A DNA stretch of 64,000 nucleotides from Nitrospinota bacterium (GTDB lineage Bacteria > UBA8248): positions 1 through 64,000 of the forward strand of contig JASLZZ010000026.1 of NCBI GenBank assembly GCA_030754595.1, read 5' to 3'. Shown piece after piece: positions 7,186 to 15,851 of the stretch. The position numbers were made by a program, and so were the translations under genes. Numbering within the stretch: position 1 is the first letter of the stretch; each line of letters begins with the position of its first letter. The notes below the pieces were generated by a model, which did not search any database, was not told where the DNA came from, and worked only from the letters and a program-made list of their open reading frames with translations.

Positions 7186-9216
7186 GTGATGAACCAGGAA
7201 CCGCCCTCCGATTCCTCCAACAGCATGGAATCCATCGAAAGAGAGTTCCCGAAACTCCTGCACCACCCCTTCGATCTCTCCCTCGATGAGTGGAAGGACT
7301 CCCTTGCCGAGGGCGGCATTTCGCTCAAGGAATTCACTTCCATCAAGAAAATCAGGCCCGACTCGAAATCGCTCAACATCATCATCGTCGACGGAGATTC
7401 AAGCGATGGAGACGAAATCCGCGCCCTGGACGAGGTGTGCGGAGAAGAGATTCCCGCCGCCATAGTCCTCGTCGAGACTCCCGGAAACGGGGACAGGCGC
7501 GACGAAGATTCATCCTCCCTGCTGGCCGGTTTCGTGCCCAAGCCCATCGCCACCGAGCCTTTTCAAATTTCCATCCGGGCCGCGTTCCGCCAGACCGCCT
7601 ATCGCCTCGCCGCGCACAGAGAGGAAAACCACCGGACCATCATTTCAAGAAACCTCGAGAACTTGACCCAGATCGGAATCGCGCTCTCGGCGGAGCAGAA
7701 CAATCACCGCCTTCTGGATATGATACTGACCCGGAGCCGCGAACTCACCAACGCCGACGCTGGGAGCCTCTACCTCGTCGAGGAAACCCCCGAGGGGGAG
7801 AGAAGCCTTCGCTTTAAGCACACCCAGAACGACTCGAAAACAATTCCGTTCAAGGAATTTGTCATGCCGGCCACCAAGGCAAGCATTTCGGGCTATGTCG
7901 CCGTGACTGGAGAGTCGCTCAACATCTCGGACGTCTACCAAATTCCCAAAGGCGTCGAATATGGCTTCAACCAGAGTTTCGATCAAAGCGTCGGATATCG
8001 CAGCATGTCGATGTTAGTCGTCCCGATGACCGATCACAAAAACGAGATAACAGGCGTTCTCCAGCTAATTAACGCAAAACAGTCCCCGGATATTCTCCTT
8101 CCGGACCCCGCCTCGGCCGATGAAAATGTTATTCCCTTTGACCCCGCAATCCAGCAAATTATTCAATCGCTCGCCAGCCAGGCCGCCGTGGCACTCGAGA
8201 ATTCCATGCTCTTGGAAAGCATCGAACGAACCTTCGAAGGTTTTGTCAAAGCATCCGTCCAAGCTATCGAGCAACGGGACCCGATCACGTCCGGTCACTC
8301 GGAGCGTGTAACGGATCTTACCTGCGGCCTGGCAGAGGCGGTTAGCAAAATCAAAACGGGCCGCTATGCGGACGTCGAATACACCGAAGAACAGATGAAG
8401 GAGCTCCGCTACGCGGGACTGCTGCACGATTTTGGAAAAATCGGAGTTCGAGAGAGCGTTCTTGTCAAAGCGAACAAGCTCTATCCTTTGGAACTGGAAG
8501 TCGTGAAAAACCGGTTCGCGACTATCAAGCGAAGCATACAAAGCGAATACCAGGAAAAAATGATTCATCTCGCCCTCGGCGGAAACAAGGACAAAGTGAA
8601 AACGCTACAAGCAGAACTCGAACAACGCCTCGAGGAAACGGGCAATCTTATCGACCTGGTTCTCCGGTCGGATATCCCCTCAATGATGCCGGAGGGAGAA
8701 TTCGATGAACTGCTGAAGCTGGGCGAGCTCACCTACACGGATATCGACGGCACGGAGCACCCCTACCTGACCCAATACGAATTAAACTGCCTTACCATTC
8801 AAAGAGGAAATCTCACCGAGTCCGAGTTCTCCGAGATTCAGTCTCATGTATCTCATAGTTACAATTTTGTTGTTCAAATTCCCTGGATAAAAGAATTGCG
8901 CGGAATACCTGAAATTGCCTATGGTCACCACGAAAAACTCAACGGGGAAGGATACCCGAGAAAGCTGCACGAAGAAGAGATTGTCCTTCAGGCGCGGATG
9001 ATGTGCGTTTGCGATATCTTTGACGCATTGACTGCATCCGATCGTCCCTACAAAAAAGCCGCGCCCCTCGAAAAGGCAATTCAAATCCTCAAATTCGAAG
9101 TAAAAGATAACCATCTGTGCCCCGAATTGGTCGATATTTTTATCAAGGATAAAGTTTACCAAGTGGTCGAAGTCTTTGTAGACCAGGAATACGAAGAACC
9201 CGAGCCGAAGTCTTAA
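7186..9216 (+). CDS. GAF + HD-GYP cyclic-di-GMP phosphodiesterase
   Basis: GAF region (ADAGSLYLV, SMLVVPM, GVLQLIN), TSGHSERV, LLHDFGK, HHEKLNGEGYP and DIFDALTASDRPYKK. Confidence 0.9.
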   Translation: MMNQEPPSDSSNSMESIEREFPKLLHHPFDLSLDEWKDSLAEGGISLKEFTSIKKIRPDSKSLNIIIVDGDSSDGDEIRALDEVCGEEIPAAIVLVETPGNGDRRDEDSSSLLAGFVPKPIATEPFQISIRAAFRQTAYRLAAHREENHRTIISRNLENLTQIGIALSAEQNNHRLLDMILTRSRELTNADAGSLYLVEETPEGERSLRFKHTQNDSKTIPFKEFVMPATKASISGYVAVTGESLNISDVYQIPKGVEYGFNQSFDQSVGYRSMSMLVVPMTDHKNEITGVLQLINAKQSPDILLPDPASADENVIPFDPAIQQIIQSLASQAAVALENSMLLESIERTFEGFVKASVQAIEQRDPITSGHSERVTDLTCGLAEAVSKIKTGRYADVEYTEEQMKELRYAGLLHDFGKIGVRESVLVKANKLYPLELEVVKNRFATIKRSIQSEYQEKMIHLALGGNKDKVKTLQAELEQRLEETGNLIDLVLRSDIPSMMPEGEFDELLKLGELTYTDIDGTEHPYLTQYELNCLTIQRGNLTESEFSEIQSHVSHSYNFVVQIPWIKELRGIPEIAYGHHEKLNGEGYPRKLHEEEIVLQARMMCVCDIFDALTASDRPYKKAAPLEKAIQILKFEVKDNHLCPELVDIFIKDKVYQVVEVFVDQEYEEPEPKS

Positions 9217-9232
9217 TCCATCGGAGTTTTCT

Positions 9233-10270
9233 GTGAGTCCCCGCTTCATCGATCTGAGAAGCGACACCGCCACCCGGCCGACGCCGGAGATGCGCGAGGC
9301 CATGAGCAGAGCGGAGGTGGGCGACGACTCCTCCGGTGAAGACCCCACTGTCAACGCGCTCCTCGAAAAAGTCACCGATATGTTCGAAAAAGAAGCGGCC
9401 CTGTTTGTTCCTTCAGGCACCCAGGCCAATCAAATCGCCATAAAGGTCTACACCCAGCCGGGCGAGGAGGTAATTGCTGATGTGGGTTGTCATCCCTACA
9501 GGAGCGAGCTGGGAGCCGCCGCCTTGATATCGGGAATTCAGTTCTCCTTTGTCCCCGCCCTCAGAGGGGTTTATTCCCGAAAGGAGGCGGAGCAGGCTCT
9601 CCATCCGGTTTCGGAAAGGTCTCCTCGAACCGCGATTATATGGGTGGAAAATACGCATAATGCCGGCGGGGGTCAGGTTTTCCCCATCGAAAAACTTAAA
9701 GAGCTGCGGGCGCTTTCCCTCGAACAGGGGATTCCGCTTCACATAGACGGAGCGCGAATTTTTAACGCCTTCGTCGCTTCGGGGGTCCCGCCTAACCAGT
9801 GGGCCAAAGAGTGCGATTCCTTGAATTTTTGCCTTTCCAAAGGATTGGGATGTCCCGTGGGCTCCATTCTTATAGGAGAAAGAGATTTCATCCGGGAGGC
9901 CCGGAGGCGTCGGAAAATGCTGGGCGGGGGTTGGCGTCAGGCTGGCATACTGGCAGCTGCCGGGCTCCACGCGCTGGACAATCACATTTCCCGTCTTGAG
10001 GAGGACCACCAAAACGCCCAGCGGTTTTCGGAACTGGTATCGGGCATTCCCGGCGTCCGCCATGTCCACGAAACGACACCGACAAATATCGTTTACCTCG
10101 ATGTGTCCGAAACGGGTCAAACAGCGTCGAGCATAAACCAACGGCTCCAAAAAAACGGCGTAGCGCTCTCCGTTCCCGGAGAAACAACTCTTCGGGCGGT
10201 CACACACATCGATATTTCGAGCCAGGAAATAGACAGGGGGGCCAAGGCATTAGCTGAGGCCGTCGCGTGA
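9233..10270 (+). CDS. ltaE: Low-specificity L-threonine aldolase
   Basis: IDLRSDT, PSGTQAN, ENTHN, HIDGARIFNA and the PLP-lysine motif CLSKGLGCPVGS. Confidence 0.9.
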   Translation: MSPRFIDLRSDTATRPTPEMREAMSRAEVGDDSSGEDPTVNALLEKVTDMFEKEAALFVPSGTQANQIAIKVYTQPGEEVIADVGCHPYRSELGAAALISGIQFSFVPALRGVYSRKEAEQALHPVSERSPRTAIIWVENTHNAGGGQVFPIEKLKELRALSLEQGIPLHIDGARIFNAFVASGVPPNQWAKECDSLNFCLSKGLGCPVGSILIGERDFIREARRRRKMLGGGWRQAGILAAAGLHALDNHISRLEEDHQNAQRFSELVSGIPGVRHVHETTPTNIVYLDVSETGQTASSINQRLQKNGVALSVPGETTLRAVTHIDISSQEIDRGAKALAEAVA

Positions 10271-11049
10271 GCAAACAGGCTCGCGTTGTTGTCCTCGGCT
10301 GCGGAACATCCACCGGTGTTCCGGCGATTGGTTGTCTCGAACCGGTGTGCCTTTCGGAAGATACTAAAAACAAACGCCTGCGGCCAAGCATCCTCATCGA
10401 AAACGGCGGATCAAATCTTTTAGTCGACACCGGCCCCGATTTACGACAACAGGCATTGACTCATGGTTTGCGGCGGGTCGATGCGGTGATATACACGCAC
10501 TACCATGCCGATCACACTAATGGAATTGACGATTTGCGCGTTTTCAATTTTCTCATGAAAAAACCGATCCCCTGTTATGCCTATCCGGATTCCGCTACGG
10601 TTCTTCGAAGAAACTTCAGCTACATATTCGGAAACGAAAACCATTACACCGGATTCAGGCCAAAGTTAACGCTTGAGGAAGTAAACGATGAATCCTTCGA
10701 GGCCGCGGGACTGAAAATTCAACCATTCGATCTGGAACACGGAGGAAACCGGGTAATGGGAATCCGGATTGGAGATTTTGCCTATGCGACTGATTGCAGC
10801 TCCATACCGGAGGATTCGATGTCAATCCTAAGAGGAGTCCGGGTGTTAATCATCGATGCCCTTCGGCATCGGGAACATCCTTCTCATTTATCGATTGAGC
10901 AGGCGATGGAAATCGTGGATGAATTGAAGCCCAAGGAAACTTATTTCACCCACACCAATTACGAACTGGAATACCATGAAACCAACCGAAACCTACCTTC
11001 CGGCGTTGAGATGGCGTATGACGGACTAACACTGGGCATCAATCTCTAA
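10267..11049 (+). CDS. MBL-fold metallohydrolase (PhnP-like)
   Basis: LGCGTSTGVP, VDTGPDLRQQ, THYHADH, YATD and AYDGL. Confidence 0.88.
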   Translation: MSKQARVVVLGCGTSTGVPAIGCLEPVCLSEDTKNKRLRPSILIENGGSNLLVDTGPDLRQQALTHGLRRVDAVIYTHYHADHTNGIDDLRVFNFLMKKPIPCYAYPDSATVLRRNFSYIFGNENHYTGFRPKLTLEEVNDESFEAAGLKIQPFDLEHGGNRVMGIRIGDFAYATDCSSIPEDSMSILRGVRVLIIDALRHREHPSHLSIEQAMEIVDELKPKETYFTHTNYELEYHETNRNLPSGVEMAYDGLTLGINL

Positions 11050-11057
11050 TCCGGTTT

Positions 11058-11933
11058 TCATTCCGGCTCGGAGCGTTTTTCCTCCGGAGCCGCTCCTTCC
11101 TGCTTGCCTTCAAGATGATCTTTAATTTCATTTCCTTTTCCGCTGAGCACGACCCGATCGTCGGTTTCCGGTACAAGATCGAGATAAAGCAAATAGCCCG
11201 AGAAGAAATAAGGAATAGAGGTCGTCATCATCCCTGCCTGCACTATAATCTGCCCTATTACTTCTCCCCCGAATAGGCCATGGAACAATTGCCAGACGAT
11301 AAACCAGACCATCATATAGGTCATGACAAGCGCGGCGATAAGACGTTCTCCACCGGAAGATATATCTCCCGCCATGCGAAACGATTCTGAAAACGGTGTT
11401 CCATGGAGCAAGGAGACCAACGAAGCAAAGTAGTAGCGAACGGCGGGCCCGATAACGACAAAAGCGGCAACCGAAATGGCAATGGGAAGCCCCATGGGAC
11501 TATCCCCTAAAAACAGGCCTACGATCATCAATCCCAGCCACAAAGCTAGAATTCCTAATAATTGAATCCCAACGAAGTAGGCCAAATCCACCGCCACCAC
11601 CCGGCCCAGCCGCGAGTAGGCCTCTGCCACATCCCAGACATCCTCGTCCCCCGCCCTTCTCGATTCCAACCGCAGGATGATTAAAACCAGAATAAAAGTT
11701 TGGATAACGCGGATAATCAGCTGGGAGAAAAGAATCCGCGGAATAAGGGAAATGGTCGGACCGCCACCTTTGAAAATGTCCTCCACCGAGGGATGGATAT
11801 AGATAGCGAGCAAAGAAAAAGGCAAATACGCCAACAATACCCCAGCCGTCAACCCGAAAAAATACTCCCAATGAAGCCGAACGCCGAACTCCAGGTATTT
11901 TGACAGCGCCCTCAAATACCTTTCTCCGATCAT
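11058..11933 (-). CDS. Hypothetical multi-pass membrane protein
   Basis: 291-aa ORF with about six hydrophobic segments and no recognised motif. Confidence 0.65.
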   Translation of the reverse strand: MIGERYLRALSKYLEFGVRLHWEYFFGLTAGVLLAYLPFSLLAIYIHPSVEDIFKGGGPTISLIPRILFSQLIIRVIQTFILVLIILRLESRRAGDEDVWDVAEAYSRLGRVVAVDLAYFVGIQLLGILALWLGLMIVGLFLGDSPMGLPIAISVAAFVVIGPAVRYYFASLVSLLHGTPFSESFRMAGDISSGGERLIAALVMTYMMVWFIVWQLFHGLFGGEVIGQIIVQAGMMTTSIPYFFSGYLLYLDLVPETDDRVVLSGKGNEIKDHLEGKQEGAAPEEKRSEPE

Positions 11934-12106
11934 ACGTCATATCTCCAAAACACAGGGGTTCTTTTTGGTTAACAAAGTCTTATAAGAAATTTATAATTTA
12001 ATTGCCTTTAGACAACAGGGAAAGATACACTAGCAAGAATATTTTTTCAGCAACCCCCATGTAGTCCCAAAGGTACCGCCCTTGGAGACCGGCCATAGGC
12101 TAAGGC

Positions 12107-12955
12107 TTGACCACCCGCCGCATATGGCCATTATTGCTTGTGACGAATCAAGAATCCATATCCCAATCCCCGTCGGCCTCCCCCATTGTCGACAAAATTT
12201 CCTCCCTTGGGAGGCACACTCTTCGTATCGTCGCCGAAATGGGGAAAATGGCGATGTTTCTTGGTTCTGCACTCTTCCTCCTTGTCAGGCCGCCGTGGCG
12301 GCCCAGACTCATTATCCGGCAAATTTATTTCATCGGGGTGGGCTCCCTGTCTATTGTCCTCCTTACCTCTCTTTTCACCGGGATGGTATTAGCTCTTCAG
12401 GGTTTCTACACTTTAGAGAAGTTCGGCTCCGAAGGGCTGCTGGGAACAGCCGTTGCGCTAAGCTTAATTCGGGAGCTAGGCCCCGTTTTAACCGCTCTGG
12501 TTGTAACGGGCCGCGCAGGGTCCGCGATGGCCGCCGAAATCGGGATAATGGTCATTACCGAACAAGTCGATGCGTTAAAAAGCATGGCCGTGAATCCGCT
12601 TCAAAGACTTGCTTCGCCCCGAATCGCCGGTGGCTTTTTGGCGATTCCTCTTCTTACGGCCATATTCGACGGGGTTGGAATTTTCGGTGGCTATCTGGTT
12701 GGCGTTAAGCTTCTCGGACTAAGTTCGGGAACCTATTTCGGCCACATGGAACTTCAGGTAAGCATGTCGGACATCTCGGGAGGATTCATAAAATCCCTGG
12801 TATTCGCACTTCTGGTGACATGGGTTTCCTGCTACAAGGGGTACCATTGTGGGCATGGAGCCGAGGGCGTGGGAAAAGCCACCACTAGCGCTGTCGTTTT
12901 ATCCACGGTTTTGGTGCTAATTGGGGACTACATTCTGACATCGCTCCTTTACTGA
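12107..12955 (+). CDS. mlaE: MlaE-family lipid ABC transporter permease
   Basis: RELGPVLTALVVTGRAGSAMAAEIG, EQVDAL and GAEGVGKATTSAVV. The start may be the GTG near 12140. Confidence 0.92.
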   Translation: MTTRRIWPLLLVTNQESISQSPSASPIVDKISSLGRHTLRIVAEMGKMAMFLGSALFLLVRPPWRPRLIIRQIYFIGVGSLSIVLLTSLFTGMVLALQGFYTLEKFGSEGLLGTAVALSLIRELGPVLTALVVTGRAGSAMAAEIGIMVITEQVDALKSMAVNPLQRLASPRIAGGFLAIPLLTAIFDGVGIFGGYLVGVKLLGLSSGTYFGHMELQVSMSDISGGFIKSLVFALLVTWVSCYKGYHCGHGAEGVGKATTSAVVLSTVLVLIGDYILTSLLY

Positions 12956-12973
12956 TAAGAGAGGGAATGTAAA

Positions 12974-13417
12974 TTGTCACAACGGGGCATCGAAATTATC
13001 GTTGGCGTTTTTGTTTTGTCGGGGATCGTCGCACTGGGATACTTGTCTATCCAACTTGGGGGACTGGATCTGTTAAGCACCGGCAAATACGGCGTTACCG
13101 CCAAGTTCACCACCGTTTCCGGTCTGAGAGTAGGTGCATCTGTTGAAATGTCGGGTGTAAAAGTCGGCCAGGTCAAAAAAATCAACCTGGTTGGAGAAGA
13201 CGCTCTCGTCTCCCTGCATCTTGATAATTCCTTGAAACTCTCCAGAGACTCGATTGCCTCCATCCGGACAAAAGGGATTTTAGGAGACAAGTACATTCTT
13301 ATTTCCCAGGGAGGATCTGACACCCTTATCAAACCTGGAGGAAAAATCAGGGAAACCGAACCACCCATCGATATCGAAAAACTCATTGGCGATTTCATTT
13401 TCGGGAAGGTGAAGTAG
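12974..13417 (+). CDS. mlaD: MlaD MCE-domain protein
   Basis: N-terminal TM, GLRVGASVEMSGVKVGQV and IRTKGILGDKYI. Confidence 0.92.
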   Translation: MSQRGIEIIVGVFVLSGIVALGYLSIQLGGLDLLSTGKYGVTAKFTTVSGLRVGASVEMSGVKVGQVKKINLVGEDALVSLHLDNSLKLSRDSIASIRTKGILGDKYILISQGGSDTLIKPGGKIRETEPPIDIEKLIGDFIFGKVK

Positions 13418-13601
13418 CCTTCGGGACACCCTGCCTCAAGATTATCGCCCATCACCTCCTCCGAGATTGCCCGTTTCCCGGTATTTATAAAACATCCTAT
13501 TTCCGATAGAATTAAGTGGCTCGATGTTCCGGCGCTATCCCTCGGAACACCTTATGGGTACAAACTACCTATAATCAATTACTTAAAGAGGTGCAGCGTC
13601 C

Positions 13602-14249
13602 ATGCTTAAGTCCTCCCCCTACAAATTAGCAGTTCTGGCCATCGCCATTGCTGCTTTTTCCGTGGTGCTCCTCGCCGGCGAAACCAGGGCAGACGAGGCC
13701 AGGGCCGGCGAAACCAAGGCTGGCGAGGCCACCGATCAAGTCAAAATGGGAATCGAATCCGTTCTGAATATCCTTCGGGATCCCGCTCTCAAGGGAGATG
13801 AAAAAATTCCCGAAAGGCGCGTTAAGCTCCGCCAAGCAATTGGCGAACAATTTGATTTCAACGAAATGTCTCGCCGATCGCTCGCCCGGCAATGGAAAAA
13901 CCGATCGGCCGAGGAGCGGACCGAGTTCGTGGATTTATTCAGCGTGTTGATGGAAAAAAATTATGTTGGAAAAATCGAGGCTTACACGGACGAAGTCATC
14001 AAGTACAAAAAAGAAGACATTGACGATGATTTCGCCAACGTAAAAACAATTGTCGTCATGAAGCGAAAAAAAGAAATCGCCATCAATTACCGGCTTCACA
14101 AGGTCGCGGGGAAATGGCGCGTCTACGACGTCGTGGTCAAGGGCGTTAGCTTGATCAATACATATCGGCAACAGTTTCGAAGCATCATCAAGAGAACTTC
14201 CTACGACGAGCTCGTAAAAATCCTCCGGCGAAAGAAAAACGAGAGATAG
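13602..14249 (+). CDS. mlaC: MlaC/Ttg2D periplasmic lipid-binding protein
   Basis: Signal peptide, FDFNEMSRRSL and WRVYDVVVKGVSLINTYRQQF. Confidence 0.88.
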   Translation: MLKSSPYKLAVLAIAIAAFSVVLLAGETRADEARAGETKAGEATDQVKMGIESVLNILRDPALKGDEKIPERRVKLRQAIGEQFDFNEMSRRSLARQWKNRSAEERTEFVDLFSVLMEKNYVGKIEAYTDEVIKYKKEDIDDDFANVKTIVVMKRKKEIAINYRLHKVAGKWRVYDVVVKGVSLINTYRQQFRSIIKRTSYDELVKILRRKKNER

Positions 14250-14571
14250 TAGGGTCACCCGCCGCGGGCGGGCGGCCGTCCACTCTTGGCAGTGGAAACT
14301 TTCGCGCCACCTCCGAATGTTCGCGCAACCCTACCGCCTCACGCTGAACGATCAAGTGGTACCGCGTTTTTTCGGCCAAATCCAGAGCCCGATGAAGCGC
14401 CTCCTCAAGGTCCTTTTTATTCAAAGCGCCTTCGGGGCACCGCTCCCAATCCCCCATTGCCTGCCAGGCTTCCCGGTGATATTCGGCGAACCGGCGGCCA
14501 ATTCGCCCCAGCGTATTAGCTATTTCCTCCGCGATATCCTTTTCCACCTGAAGCTGATCGAAATGACTCAC
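14188..14571 (-). CDS. Hypothetical protein (DUF6665-like)
   Basis: EEIANTLGRIGR...LIVQREAVGLREH pattern, recalled as DUF6665-like. Confidence 0.55.
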   Translation of the reverse strand: MSHFDQLQVEKDIAEEIANTLGRIGRRFAEYHREAWQAMGDWERCPEGALNKKDLEEALHRALDLAEKTRYHLIVQREAVGLREHSEVARKFPLPRVDGRPPAAGDPTISRFSFAGGFLRARRRKFS

Positions 14572-14614
14572 CGCACTCGCCTTCTATATAAAAACACCTA
14601 CCCGGGTTCTTCTC

Positions 14615-15799
14615 TCAGGCCCTGTTCTCTTTTGGCAATCCAAACGATAAAACCACGCCAATACTTCCGGTAGCGACAATGGCAACGGGCATAACCGTCA
14701 AAATACTCCAAACATCTCCCAGGGCGCCCACACTGATAGCAATCAGGCTCCCCAGGAACCACACGACACCGAGCATCATTGCCGAAACCAGCGCCTTGTG
14801 CTCCGGAGCCACCTCCTGGGCGTACGTCACGGAAGCACCCATCGGAGAATACAAAATCGCCCCGGCGAGCATCAAGAAAATAGTTTGGAGTGGTTCGGAT
14901 ACCATAAAAGTGACCCCGAGCACCGGGATTCCGAATAACAGCCCTCCGATCATGACCAATCTCCTACCCAATCGATCGGAAAGGTGGCCTCCGTAAATCC
15001 CTCCAATCGCCGCCGCGAAAAGAAACAAAGTAATGGACCTCCCGCCTGCTCCCACAGATCCTCCGGCACTCACAACGTAAAGCGGCATGTACGTCGAAAC
15101 CAGCATCGTCACCGTCGTACGGCATAAATTGACCAGCCACATAATCAGGAGCGGGGGAACAAGATCGGAAAGGGAGCTGAGCGTTTCCTGAAAATTCATC
15201 GTCAGGGGCGAGGATGTTTTTTCAATTTTCGGGGCTATGAAGAAAAATGGGATTCCAATTACTAAACCAAGAAGGCCCCCTATCGGAATCGCATCGAGTC
15301 CCCAGGTCGTAACGAGAAAGGTGGAAATCGCCGCGCCGATTCCAACGCCCAGACGGCCACCGGCGACATAAACCGAAACACCGAGCCCTTTTCGCTTTCC
15401 CGAAATCTGCGCCGCAATGACCGACGCAACAGGATGAAAGCAGGCTGATCCCCCACCTGCCAAGAAAATAAGCAAAAGCATCGAGGAGTAGTTCGGCATG
15501 TATACCAAAAGGGTGACGAACGCACCGCCGATGGGACCCAGCGCAATCAGCCATCCCTTCCTGACCCGGTCCGCGAAATAGCCGAACAGCGGCTGGCCTA
15601 TGGCCCCGGAGAACGCGAACATGCTGGCCAAGAGGCCCGCCATGCTCAGGGAAAGATCCATTTCCACTACGAGAAGAGGGAGGATCGGCGGAAGAAAACC
15701 GAAATACGAGTCGTTTGCGATATGAGCGATTACAAGAGAAAAAATTCCCCGCTTCTGAAACTTCGTGTTCTCAGGTGCGTCATCAAGTGTTGTAGTCAA
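14615..15799 (-). CDS. MFS transporter (Fsr/fosmidomycin-resistance-like)
   Basis: About 12 TM segments, AHIANDSY, QPLFGYFADR, FHP and GGHLSDRLGRR. Confidence 0.85.
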   Translation of the reverse strand: MTTTLDDAPENTKFQKRGIFSLVIAHIANDSYFGFLPPILPLLVVEMDLSLSMAGLLASMFAFSGAIGQPLFGYFADRVRKGWLIALGPIGGAFVTLLVYMPNYSSMLLLIFLAGGGSACFHPVASVIAAQISGKRKGLGVSVYVAGGRLGVGIGAAISTFLVTTWGLDAIPIGGLLGLVIGIPFFFIAPKIEKTSSPLTMNFQETLSSLSDLVPPLLIMWLVNLCRTTVTMLVSTYMPLYVVSAGGSVGAGGRSITLFLFAAAIGGIYGGHLSDRLGRRLVMIGGLLFGIPVLGVTFMVSEPLQTIFLMLAGAILYSPMGASVTYAQEVAPEHKALVSAMMLGVVWFLGSLIAISVGALGDVWSILTVMPVAIVATGSIGVVLSFGLPKENRA

Positions 15800-15851
15800 A
15801 TCTCAATCCACCAATCATAGGCAAAACCCTCCCAACAGGGGAGCGCGGTAA

